Below, one piece after another: positions 20,301 through 30,149 of a DNA stretch of 64,000 nucleotides; the stretch's first letter is position 1; each line of letters starts with the position of its first letter. The notes beneath the pieces are model-generated. The model was not told where the DNA came from, ran no database searches, and saw nothing but the letters and a program-made list of their open reading frames with translations. The stretch is taken from positions 1,280,001 to 1,344,000 of the forward strand of contig CBDETY010000003.1 in assembly GCA_965243025.1 (NCBI GenBank). The letters run 5' to 3'. Source of the stretch: Candidatus Latescibacterota bacterium (GTDB lineage: Bacteria > Latescibacterota > UBA2968 > UBA8231). The position numbers were made by a program, and so were the translations under genes.

Positions 20301-21506
20301 TCAGGCCGATGCGGGGGCAGCCGGAAGGCTGCCGGGGGCGCGGTCCCGGATCGGCAGGTGGACGATTGCGGCCACGACTCCGAGCGCGATGGCGCCCACC
20401 CAGACAGCGTCGTAGGAACCGGTGGCGTCGTAGATGCGGCCGCCGAGCCAGACCCCGAGGAAGGCGCCGACCTGGTGGCTGAAAAAGACGATCCCGTAGA
20501 GCGAGGAGAGCCTGGCGGGACCGAATATCTGGGCGACGGTACCGCTGGTCAGCGGCACTGTCGCCAACCAGAGGAACCCGATGGCGCAGGCGAAGACCAG
20601 GGCTGTCGCGGTGGTGACGGGCACCACCAGAAAGCCGCTGATGACCAGGGCCCGGGCGAAGTAGAGGAAGCTGAGGAGGTATTTCTTGCGGTAGCGGTCG
20701 CCGAGCCGGCCGAAGAGATAAGATCCCCCCATGTTGAACAGCCCGATCAGGGCGAGGGCGGCCGCCGCGGCCATCTCGGGGAGCCCGTGATCCCCGAGGT
20801 AGGCCGGCAGATGGGTGGCTATGAAAGCGACGTGAAAACCGCACACGAAGAAGCCGGCGTTGAGCAGGAGGTAGCCGGAATGCCGGCCCGCCCGGGAGAG
20901 CATGCGGGAGAAGCCTTCCTCGATGTCGGAGGTTTGGCCCCCTTCTCCTTGCCTCGGCGCCGGAGGGAATCCGGTTGCGAACAGGCCGATGGCGGCCACG
21001 ACCGCCGCGGCGTACAGGAGGGTAGCCTGCCAGGATACCGTGTCGATCAGCCACTGGATCAGCGGGACGACGGCGAAGGTGCCGAACGAACCGGCAGCGG
21101 TTACGATGCCGAAGGAAGTCGCCCTTTTTTCGGCGGGTACCACCCGGGCGACGGCGCCGAGAAGGACGACGTAGGAGGTGGCGCTGAGAGCGAACCCGAT
21201 CAGGGCTCCCAGAGAGAGGAAGGTCAGCCAGGGAGCGGCAGCAAGGGCGAGCAGGACGAAGCCGGCCGCGTACAGGAAGGCGCCGGCGGCCACCACCCGG
21301 CGCGGCCCCACGCGGTCGGCGAGCATGCCCGCGAGCGGCAGCCCGAACAGGAGGTTCTGTAGGGCCATGGCCAGGCTGAAGGTCTCCCGGCCGGTCGACA
21401 GCGCCTCCGTCACCGGCTGCAGGAACAGTCCGAACGACTGCCTTGCCCCCATGGAGATGGCGACGATGACCGCACTGACCAGGATGACGAGGGTGGACTT
21501 TTTCAA
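20301..21506 (-). CDS. MFS transporter
   Basis: About 12 hydrophobic segments and the MFS motif A GMLADRVGPRR. Confidence 0.92.
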   Translation of the reverse strand: MKKSTLVILVSAVIVAISMGARQSFGLFLQPVTEALSTGRETFSLAMALQNLLFGLPLAGMLADRVGPRRVVAAGAFLYAAGFVLLALAAAPWLTFLSLGALIGFALSATSYVVLLGAVARVVPAEKRATSFGIVTAAGSFGTFAVVPLIQWLIDTVSWQATLLYAAAVVAAIGLFATGFPPAPRQGEGGQTSDIEEGFSRMLSRAGRHSGYLLLNAGFFVCGFHVAFIATHLPAYLGDHGLPEMAAAAALALIGLFNMGGSYLFGRLGDRYRKKYLLSFLYFARALVISGFLVVPVTTATALVFACAIGFLWLATVPLTSGTVAQIFGPARLSSLYGIVFFSHQVGAFLGVWLGGRIYDATGSYDAVWVGAIALGVVAAIVHLPIRDRAPGSLPAAPASA

Positions 21507-21732
21507 AGCCGGGGGATCCGGAAGGACTCAGCAGTGCGTTGCGGCCTGTAACCGGAAACCGGCGAACGCCGCAACAATCTCGGGCGGATGTCGACAGAAC
21601 CCGGATTCGGCAAGGAACCTCGTCAACTCGGGGAGGTGAGGGGTGGGGGCTTGGGGCTTGGAAGGGCGCCGGACAGGGGGGCAGCCTTCAGACATGCCCC
21701 CGGGGGGCTGCCTCCTGCCGGCTTCTCTACGG

Positions 21733-22602
21733 TCAGGCGAAATACATCTCGCCGGTAAATGGCAGGGGCTCGGAAGGCCGTTCGTAATGGATCTGCTTCG
21801 GAGTCCTTTCGATTGCCGCCGCCCACTGGTCGCGCCAGTCCTCGTAGCGGGTCTCCAATGCCGGGTCGCTGCGGCTGCGAACCACGCTGCTGGGCCACTC
21901 CGGCCGCGGTGACGGCTCCCCCGTCTTCTGGTAACGCAGGTCCATGCTCCAGCGCACCGCGTCGGTGTTGTTGGGGCCGGAGCCGTGCGGGGTCAGCTTG
22001 TGCACGAACAGCACGTCTCCCTTTTTCATCGGCAGCGTCACCTTTTCGACGTCGGGGAGGTCGCGGTTGTAGGTCCAGTAGACCACGCGGTTGCGGTGCA
22101 CCCGCGGCAGGACCTGCAGGCAGCCGTTCTCCTCGGTGGCGTCGACCAGCGGCACCCAGACCGTCACCTGCAGGATGCCCGCCGCTTCCCGGGTGGTGAA
22201 TACGGCGTCCTGGTGGAAGACGACGTCGGTCGAGGGCATCTTCGGGCGCACGTGGGACACCGCGTTGCAGCTGATTTCCGGACCGATGAAGGGCTCGATG
22301 AGATCGACGAGGTTGTCGTTTCGCAGGAACTCGAAGGTGGCGCGGCGGCGCGTTACGCCGATATCGGGGCAGCCGTTGACCTGGTCGCAGTCGTCGGCCA
22401 GCCTGGCGAGGCGGGTTTCGAAGGGCTCGTCCTCGTGGAGGTCGTCGATCTCGCCGCGGTCGTGGAGACCGCGGGCGATCTCGTCGACGATGGCGTCGTG
22501 GTCCTGAATCAGGGGCTCGAGATCGGCGTCTGTGAGTCCTCCTTCGACGATGACGTACCCTTCTTCCTTGAAGAAGTCGATATGTTGAGCGGTGGTCTGC
22601 AT
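21733..22602 (-). CDS. PhyH-family dioxygenase
   Basis: FHQDA, ENGCLQVLP, PHGSGPN and RWSMDLRY motifs. Confidence 0.87.
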   Translation of the reverse strand: MQTTAQHIDFFKEEGYVIVEGGLTDADLEPLIQDHDAIVDEIARGLHDRGEIDDLHEDEPFETRLARLADDCDQVNGCPDIGVTRRRATFEFLRNDNLVDLIEPFIGPEISCNAVSHVRPKMPSTDVVFHQDAVFTTREAAGILQVTVWVPLVDATEENGCLQVLPRVHRNRVVYWTYNRDLPDVEKVTLPMKKGDVLFVHKLTPHGSGPNNTDAVRWSMDLRYQKTGEPSPRPEWPSSVVRSRSDPALETRYEDWRDQWAAAIERTPKQIHYERPSEPLPFTGEMYFA

Positions 22603-22715
22603 GTCGGCTCCGGGGTTTACGTGACTTTTTTCAATTCGCAGGCCTGCGTTTGTCCGCAGGCCACCTGAAGATAGCGAAATAGCGATCCGCCCCACCAAAA
22701 CCGAAGGAGCATACG

Positions 22716-23501
22716 ATGCCCGATCCACACTCCCTGGAAGGGAAGAAAGCACTGGTGACCGGAGGCAAGCGCCGCATCGGCAGGGGGATCGCCCTGTCGC
22801 TGGCGGAGGCCGGCTGCGATGTCGGCATCAACGACCTCGTAGAAGACGCCGACGCCGGGGAGACCCTGCGCCTGATCGGAGAGCGCGGCCGCGAGGCGGC
22901 GTTCTTTGCCGCCGACATCTCCGACAGCGCCCAGGTCGAGAGCATGTTCACCGGGTTCCTCGCGCGCTTCGGCCGCATCGACATCCTCGTGAACAACCCC
23001 TACGGCGGCACCGGACAGCAGTTTCTCGAGCTCACCGAGGAGAACTGGGACGCCAATCTCGATGTCGGCCTGAAGGGGTTCTTCCTGTGCAGCCAGCAGG
23101 CCGCCCGGGCCATGGTCGATCAGGGGGAGGGGGGCTGCATCGTCAGCACCTCCTCCGTTCACGCGGAGCGCGCCTGGAGGGGAGACACCGCTTACGGCGC
23201 CGCCAAGGCTGGAGTCCTTCGCCTTACCGAGAGCATGGCCGTCGACCTCGGCGTGCACGGCATCCGCTGCAACGCCGTCATGCCCGGCCACATGAACACC
23301 GACCACGTGATTGGGACGCCGCCTCCGGAAAGGGGGAGCATCGGTGAGAGCCTGTTCTCTTCAGTGCCCCTGCGGCGCCGCGGCACCCCGGAGGACATCG
23401 GCCGGGCGGTCGCCTTTCTCTGCTCGCCTGCCGCGGGCTGCATTACCGGGGTATCGCTGGCCGTCGACGGCGGCCTGCTGGCAACGGGGCCGGGGGACTA
23501 G
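22716..23501 (+). CDS. Short-chain dehydrogenase/reductase
   Basis: TGGKRRIG cofactor motif and YGAAK catalytic motif. Confidence 0.92.
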   Translation: MPDPHSLEGKKALVTGGKRRIGRGIALSLAEAGCDVGINDLVEDADAGETLRLIGERGREAAFFAADISDSAQVESMFTGFLARFGRIDILVNNPYGGTGQQFLELTEENWDANLDVGLKGFFLCSQQAARAMVDQGEGGCIVSTSSVHAERAWRGDTAYGAAKAGVLRLTESMAVDLGVHGIRCNAVMPGHMNTDHVIGTPPPERGSIGESLFSSVPLRRRGTPEDIGRAVAFLCSPAAGCITGVSLAVDGGLLATGPGD

Positions 23502-23700
23502 TGCCCCGTCGCAGAGATAGATTGACAAAATTGGGATGCCGAGGCGCCCGGCTCACAAGGCGCCTGAGCGAGTCGTACCGAGGGTGTACGGCGAGCGAAG
23601 GCAACGCCGTGAGCCGGGATGGATCGGCGTCCCAATGTCGAGATATTTCTGCGCCGGGGCACTTGGCAGGAGTCAGGCCGTGACCGCGGAAAACACCTGG

Positions 23701-24676
23701 ATGCAGCTGCGCAGCAGGAACAAGGACTGCGGGGCGGTATTCGACAAACCGTTTCCCGTCGGCACCGAGTACTACCGGCCGCCGACGCCGGCGCCGGAGT
23801 TCTGGGACGGCGATTTCCGCCGCATCAGCGCCGCCGGCATGAGCATCGTGCGCGTCTGGTACAGCTGGAACTGGGTCGAGACCCTGCCAAACCGCTACGA
23901 GTTCGACGACCTCGACCTGCTGTTCGACACCGCGGCGAAACACCGGCTCAAGGTGTGGCTCGACACCCCGCTTGGAACCCATATGGCCGCTCCGGCCTGG
24001 ATGCTGCGCGAGCACCCCGACATGCGCGCCGTCTGGCGGGACGGCAGCGTGCAGCAGGACCTGGCCGGGGACTTTTCCCCCCATGGCAGCATGACCCACA
24101 ACTTCGACCACCCGATGTGGCGGGTGTACGTCGAGCGCTACCTGCGCCAGCTGGTGCCCCGTTACAGGGACCACGAGGCGATGGGGATCTGGGGCACCTG
24201 GGACGGGATCAGCTACGCCGCCGCCTGGACCGCGTCCGAGCCGTACCCACCCTACAACGACTACACCATCGCCAGGTACAAGGACTGGCTGTACCGGCGT
24301 TTCACCCTCGACGAGCTGAACGCGAAACTGCTGCGCCGCTACCGCTCCTGGGAGGACGTGCAGCCGCCGCGCAGCAACGCCGCCATCGTCGAGATGCTCC
24401 TGTACCGGCAGTTCCACTTCGAGAACATGGCGGACCATCTCGGCTGGATGGCCGACCTCGTCGACCGACTCGACGGCCGCCACGAGCAGCGCTCGCACGG
24501 GGGCTCCTATCCGATGCCTCACAACGAGACGGTGAGCCCGGTGATCGACAGCTGGGGCCTGTCCCACCACTCCGGCGACCGCCTGACGAGCGGCGATCCG
24601 TACAGCCTTGCCTGCGAGGCCTACGGCTTTCACTGGTGCCGGGCAATGGGGCGGAACGGCCGCTGGTGGAACGAGG
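23701..24676 (+). pseudogene. GH42-like beta-galactosidase, 5' half, interrupted by the transposon
   Basis: GTEYYRPP, WNWVETLPNRYEFDDLD and APAWM motifs. The frame breaks at the target-site duplication and rejoins in frame at 59131. Confidence 0.85.
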
Positions 24677-24741
24677 GGGAATTATCTAGATAACTGCGCA
24701 AGGTAATTTTAGTGATCTCATCCGCGAATTTAAAGAAAATC

Positions 24742-24750
24742 TGGTATAAT
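24742..24750 (+). promoter_or_regulatory. Extended -10 promoter motif (TGGTATAAT) facing into the element
   Basis: Perfect TGnTATAAT inside the terminal IR, mirrored at the right end. Confidence 0.5.
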
Positions 24751-24874
24751 ATAATAGAGAAAATGCAGAGAACCGGACATCCCCCTGTCCCCCTGCTTTA
24801 ACCGGGAGATGGGGGATGTCGGCAGGCTGACCATTCCGGGATGATTCCGTGCTGATCCAGAAGCCTGCCAGATT

Positions 24875-25290
24875 GGCACCCTGAATCGGAAGGCCACCGC
24901 CCTGATCGTGGAGGGATGCGCGGATTCCCCCTGAGTTTCGCAAAGCCGTCGTCGTCGAGGTGAGGAGGGCATCATTCGGTTTGGTCGATAAGATGGCAAG
25001 GCCGGCTGGATCTCATTCCTGGATCGAAAGGCCGGGATCTGATCGAGGAGGGAACCGGGACTCCTGCCTGATCTGAGTCGGCGACTCGCAACCGCATATC
25101 ATGGCGTTCTCATAGTCAGGCAGTCTGCATCCGGACTCGTACGCACGTCCCCCCGGGAAGTCGGCACCGTGGATCGGAGGTGGCCACCACTCTGATCGAG
25201 GAGGGGGATGCCCGAACTCCCCTGAGTCTGCAAATCCGTCGTCGCCGAGGTGAGGAGGAAGTCATCCCGTTTGGTCGACAAGATGGCAAG
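24875..25290. repeat. ~125-bp subterminal direct repeat, two copies (24875-25000, 25163-25290) plus a partial copy
   Basis: Shared CCGTCGTCGYCGAGGTGAGGAGG and GTTTGGTCGAYAAGATGGCAAG blocks. Confidence 0.8.
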
Positions 25291-25479
25291 CAGGTGACGG
25301 AGGATTCTCGGGATTCAGGCTGAGCTTCAGGCGCAACAGGGGAGGCAGCCGGCAGGGATGTCGCCTTGCCGACCATTTGGCATGATTCGCCGCTTCCCTC
25401 CACCAGATGAGAATCGATTCCCGTTCCGCCGGCAATGCGCAAGACGGCAGGCACCGGCAGCGGGATGTCGCCTTGCTGA

Positions 25480-26475
25480 CTATTCGAACAGCTTCGCCCT
25501 TTCCTTCGACCGGTGATGAGTGTAGGGAGTCGGAGGAACCTCCGTCGCCAGCAGATCCCGGTAGGTCAGCCGCTTCCGCATCATCCGCGCGGTCAGGTAC
25601 CTCATCTGCTCGTCGGGGTCCAGGTTGCGGATGTTGTGCCTGCCTGTGATCTCCTTGAGGTATCGGGGCAGATACTTGGGAGACACGTGGTGGTGGGTCC
25701 CGTATATCGTTCGCTTCGCCTTGGCCCAGAACGATTCCATGCCGTTGGTGTGAACATCCCCTCGGACGTATTCATCCTTGTGGTTGACGGTTTCGTGTCT
25801 TCCCCGCCATCCGAAATTATCGCGAAAGACCGGGGCATTGTCGCTGAAAAGGGTGCCCTCCGGGCGTACGTTTTCCTCGGCGAAGGGGAACACGGTCTCG
25901 CGTGTCTCATCAGGAACCACCTTGGCGGCCACGTCGCCGGTTTCCCGGCACCACATTCCGCTCACCGGGGTACTGCCATACCTCCATTTCCAGTGAAACT
26001 TCTTGTCGGCGTGCCTGTTTTTATCGTCTCCGGCGAACCAGGCTTGATCTATCTCGGCTACCCTGCTGCGCAGCGGTTCGGGATCCGGCCAGGCTTCCCG
26101 GATGCGGTGCAGCAGGAACGAGGCCGACGGATACGCCAGATTCAGGTCGCGGCTCAGCTGCCTGGCGCTGATTCCCTTCGGGTGGGACAGGTGCAGGTAG
26201 ACGGCGGTTGCCCATTTCTCCAAGGGGATCTTGGAGTGCGACATGACCGTTCCGGTGCGCACGCTGAAGCGCTTGCGGCAGCCGCCGCACCAGTAGGGCA
26301 TGGGTTTGCGGCCGGGACATTCCGAGACCCCGCCGGAGCGGCCGCAGCGCGGACAGCGTATGGATTCGGCCAGGCCGTCTGAGGTCTTTCCCAATATGAG
26401 CTGTTCGAACCATTCTTCTGCCGTCGTATTGCCTGAAAAGTTTACCGATAACCAGATACCATTGTCATTATCCAT
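25480..26475 (-). CDS. IS1595-family (ISXO2-like DDE) transposase, left arm
   Basis: Zn ribbon CPRCG...YWCGGC, then EIDQ, FSDN and HTNGMESFW catalytic motifs. Confidence 0.93.
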   Translation of the reverse strand: MDNDNGIWLSVNFSGNTTAEEWFEQLILGKTSDGLAESIRCPRCGRSGGVSECPGRKPMPYWCGGCRKRFSVRTGTVMSHSKIPLEKWATAVYLHLSHPKGISARQLSRDLNLAYPSASFLLHRIREAWPDPEPLRSRVAEIDQAWFAGDDKNRHADKKFHWKWRYGSTPVSGMWCRETGDVAAKVVPDETRETVFPFAEENVRPEGTLFSDNAPVFRDNFGWRGRHETVNHKDEYVRGDVHTNGMESFWAKAKRTIYGTHHHVSPKYLPRYLKEITGRHNIRNLDPDEQMRYLTARMMRKRLTYRDLLATEVPPTPYTHHRSKERAKLFE

Positions 26476-26660
26476 TCCGATTGCCTTCGGGCCGTGGAAT
26501 ACCGTACTGGAGACCTGCGGCCCTTACCAAAAAGTGTGATTCACGCTCCCATGGCTGTCCTTTCGGTTTCAGTGGGATGGTGACTCTGCCGGAATGTCAC
26601 CGACAGATGGGACTGGGGAGCGGCAGTGAATCCTGCCGGCTTCCCGTTGCATGTGCCTCT

Positions 26661-26689
26661 AGTGTATTCCGGAAAAATTAAAAAAGCAA
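26661..26689 (-). promoter_or_regulatory. Sigma70-like promoter for the left transposase
   Basis: TTGCTT-17 bp-TACACT on the minus strand, conserved in the right arm. Confidence 0.55.
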
Positions 26690-27339
26690 ATCGACTCCCG
26701 AGTTTTTTCGAAAGAGCTCGTAATAACGGCGGAGAACTTTAGTTTCTGAAGGCGGAGGATGGGGCGGCAGGACAGGGGGAGGGAAGAGGTCGGCGGGGAG
26801 GTGCAGGAAGGCTCGATTCAAGGGGACTGAAGCCGGGGTGCGGCGGTCCCCGGCAGCTGGCGAAAACCGAAAGTCGCGCTGCGATCCCGAGGCGGAAAAA
26901 CACGGGTCTGCGGATAATCGAGAGGACGCGGAGGGGCAAATTCTGAAGCGGCCATCGCCGGGGAATCCGGGAGATTTCAGGAACGGCGCGTCGAGGCGCT
27001 GGCTACGGAATTGCGATGGGAGGGTAGCCCGGAAGCTGACGAACCGGCATGGCCGTGAGTGCTCCCTGGCATGGTCTTTTCTGAGGCCCAAGACCGGCAG
27101 GCTCCATCGGAGCATTTCCCGGTTTCCCGGCTGGAACTAAATCCGTTCGGGGGGCCACAGAAGCCGCACCAATAGGGCATGGGCACTGCGAGGTCTGCCC
27201 CGAAAATCCGCAAGCTGGGCAAAGTTCTGCAAGGATCGACCTGATGGCCTGTTCTTTGATGACAAGTGCGTCCCCCGGGAGCATTCAAAAGAGGAGCACC
27301 CTGACGGTTCTTTTCGTCTCCGGATGGATGAACTCGCTG

Positions 27340-27831
27340 TCCTCTCCAGGGGGTTGCGGCGGTGTCCGAGATGGGAGGCGATCATGTCCAGCCGCGGGTC
27401 GAATATGTTGAACACGAGGCGGCCCTCGTAGGCAAATGTTCGCGAATGCGGCCCAGGGCCTGGCGCTGGTCGGCCGGGGTTAGAAGGTGCAGGAACGACC
27501 GGAAGGGGGATGATGACGAGGTTCGGAACTCAGGTCGGAGCGCATGTCCCCTCGACCAGCTCGATGGCTGCCGCGTCGCTTCCCGGAGCCGGGCGACCTT
27601 CTTCCGGGCCGCGGAGGGCATTGCCGGCGAGCTGTCAAGGCCCACCACCGGCACCCCGGCATGGGAAATCGGTATCAGGACTCGCCCCGTGCCTCAGCCC
27701 ACCTCCAGGACCGGCGACCGGGTCTGCCCGGCCTCCTCCACGTAGAAGGCCACGTCGCCGCGCACACCCTCCTGCCCGGCCCACCCGAAGGTGCGGTCGT
27801 AGAGGTCTGCGGCGGCCTCGTAGAAGTCCAT
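27340..27831 (-). pseudogene. Class I SAM-dependent methyltransferase remnant
   Basis: MDFYEAAADLYD...DVAFYVEEA...VLEVG*GTGRVLIPI...VVGLDSS...PFRSFLHLLT, with an internal stop and frameshifts. Confidence 0.75.
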
Positions 27832-27940
27832 GGGAGGGGCTGCTGAGCGCGCTTGCCTAAGGCGACGAAAGTGGGGGGAAAAAGGAAGGATCCTCTGCCT
27901 CGCTGCTCAGAGACGCATTCTGTCGAACCGGAAGGGGCCA

Positions 27941-28858
27941 CTATCCGAGAATATCGTGAAGGCGAAGATAGATATCCCCTGTCTGCGAAGCGTGTCTCCT
28001 CTTCCTGAGCAGGAGCTCCACAAGCTCTATGCGACCCTCCAGTACCGCCATTAGATCACTACCATCCATAAGAACCATGAGGCGCCTCCCGCTGGAGTGC
28101 TTTCTTACTGCGTCTTCTGAGAAACCGTTTATCGATAGGAATAGACCGAGTGTGTTTTCCAGTTTCGCGCGAAGCTTCTCGCTAAATACGCTGAGGTCAG
28201 GGGACCCTGACTGCTCGTCACGCCACTTGGCTTCGAATAGGAAATCCACTCCCTCGAAAGAGAATGCCCCGTCGAGTTGCTCACCTATGATTCTGAACGC
28301 AGCTTTCGGATCCAAGTCGAAGAGATCAAACAGTCCGAGCATTAGACGTTCGAGGGCGTAACCACGTTCGGTAGGAGTTTGGCTAAGCAGTTTGTAGTAC
28401 TCCTGTCGCAACTCTCCCAGTCGTTTGCTTACGCCTTCATTCCTGAGCCGTTTTTCTAGGCTTCTCCTTCGCCTTTCTTCGATCCGTTCCTGCTCATCTA
28501 CAAGCGCATGGTGGGCTTCCGACAGTTTGGCTAGTGCTTCGACAGCCTCCTTCGCTCGGCTCTCTTTGACTGCTCCGTCCTCAAGTTGTCGCAGGTGAGT
28601 GAAATCTCTTATTCGCGTGACTTCGGAAATGAGCCGAAGTAAGTCGCCCTGATGCTTGTCTTGATCTCGTGCTAGGAACTCGACAAGCGTCGTGACGATA
28701 TTTCGTTTATAGTCTTCCCAATTCAGGCTGGAGAGTATAGCGGGATTGCTGATAGCATTTAGGAGAAAACTCCGGAGATCAGACTTATACCAGTATACAT
28801 GCGTTAGAGCGTGTTTCAGCGCATTGATAGCTGCGGGAGAAATCAATTTGCGTTCCAT
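27941..28858 (-). CDS. Mrr-like PD-(D/E)xK restriction endonuclease with N-terminal helical domain
   Basis: RGYALE...EQLDGAF...FLFEAKW nuclease motif. Visibly lower GC than the backbone. Confidence 0.8.
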   Translation of the reverse strand: MERKLISPAAINALKHALTHVYWYKSDLRSFLLNAISNPAILSSLNWEDYKRNIVTTLVEFLARDQDKHQGDLLRLISEVTRIRDFTHLRQLEDGAVKESRAKEAVEALAKLSEAHHALVDEQERIEERRRRSLEKRLRNEGVSKRLGELRQEYYKLLSQTPTERGYALERLMLGLFDLFDLDPKAAFRIIGEQLDGAFSFEGVDFLFEAKWRDEQSGSPDLSVFSEKLRAKLENTLGLFLSINGFSEDAVRKHSSGRRLMVLMDGSDLMAVLEGRIELVELLLRKRRHASQTGDIYLRLHDILG

Positions 28859-28914
28859 TTAGATCTTTCTGAGTCCTATCGCTACTTGACCTGCCGAAGG
28901 CATGATGTACCTGC

Positions 28915-30084
28915 TAGTGTCCCGTCGCATTAATTCGTTCACAAATCTCTTGATCTTAGCGAGGATGGAATCAGCCGTGGCCGTCCATACGAAGGGGTGG
29001 GCCTTTTGGTTCCAATGGTCTGTGAAGTGCTCAATGCGACGGATCCATTCCTTCACCTTCCTGAAGGAGCCGCGTGGAATCGCCCGCCGCGTGAGGATGC
29101 CGAACCAGATCTCCACCTGGTTTAGCCAGCACGCATAGGTCGGGGTGAAATGGAGGTGGAAGCGGGGGTGTCGAGCCAGCCACTGCTTTACTTTGGCGTG
29201 TTTGTGGGTAGCGTAGTTATCGACTACCAGATGAAGGTCCAGATCCGCCGGCACCTGGTCCTCGATGTGGCGCAGAAACTGGAGAAATTCCTGATGCCGA
29301 TGGCGGGGCTTGCACTGCGCCATGACCTCTCCGCTCTCGATGTCGAGCGCCGCAAACAGGGTGGTCGTGCCATGGCGCTTGTAGTCGTGGGTTACCCCTT
29401 CCACATAGCCCAGACCCAAAGGCAGCAACGGCTGGCTGCGCTCCAGGGCCTGGATCTGGCTCTTCTCGTCTACGCACAACACCAGGGCGTGCTCGGGAGG
29501 GTTCAGATACAGACCGACGATGTCGCGCACTTTCTCCACGAAGAACGGATCGGTGGACAGTTTGAAGGTCTTCTGCCGATGGGGCTGTAAGCCGAAGGTG
29601 CGCCAGATGCGATGCACCGTGTCCTTGGACATCCCCGACGCGGCCGCCATGGAGCGCACCGTCCACTGGGTCTGGTGTTCGGGCTTCTCGTTGAGCGTCT
29701 TGTATACGACCGCCGCCACCTGCTCGTCATCAATGGAGCGGGGCGTCCCCGGACGCAGCCGTCATACAGGCCCATGAGACCTTGCTCCACAAAGCGCTTG
29801 CGCCACTTTCCAACGGTCGCCGGCGAGGTGGACAACCTGCGGGCAATGGCTTGGTTGGGCCACCCGTCGGCGGCCAGCAGAACAATCTCTGCACGACGGA
29901 CGAGACCGTGGGGCGTAGAGCGTGAGCTGGCTAGAGATTGCAATTGCTTTCGAGTCGATTCACTCAATTCGAACGGAGCCAACGGGCGTCCGGATCGCAT
30001 CGTGTCTCTCCTTTGGAAAAGGTCCTTGGAGAAGGATACCTACGACGCGGGTATTATGCTAGTAATTTCTGAGACTATACACTA
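28915..30084 (-). mobile_element. IS630-family insertion sequence with a frameshifted transposase
   Basis: Imperfect IRs TAGTGT...GTC.CA..AATT at both ends, TA duplication in a CTAG target, and DEKSQIQAL, DNYATH and WLNQVEIWF motifs. Apparent 1-bp deletions near 29760 and 28945. Confidence 0.92.
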
Positions 30085-30149
30085 GTACCACCTACCCATG
30101 GCCTATAGCATCACGGGGATAGAACTGCAAAATGGCTCCCCCCGGACTT

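Larger units (their letters stand above)
24677..27260. repeat. Left inverted arm (terminal IR, subterminal repeats, transposase, upstream leader)
   Basis: Reverse-complement similarity to ~56580-59122. Near-identical for the first ~100 bp and degenerate toward the inner side. Confidence 0.85.

Noticed and set aside
24875-25290. CRISPR array in the subterminal repeats
   Set aside because: Only 2-3 long degenerate copies, no regular short repeat/spacer period and no cas genes.
27690-27700. Selenocysteine at the in-frame TGA in the methyltransferase GxGTG motif
   Set aside because: The gene also has frameshifts and is truncated, so a nonsense mutation is the simpler explanation.
29740-29780. 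Programmed frameshift in the IS630 transposase
   Set aside because: No slippery A-run at the junction. A single missing base restores the frame, and a second deletion exists near the 3' end.
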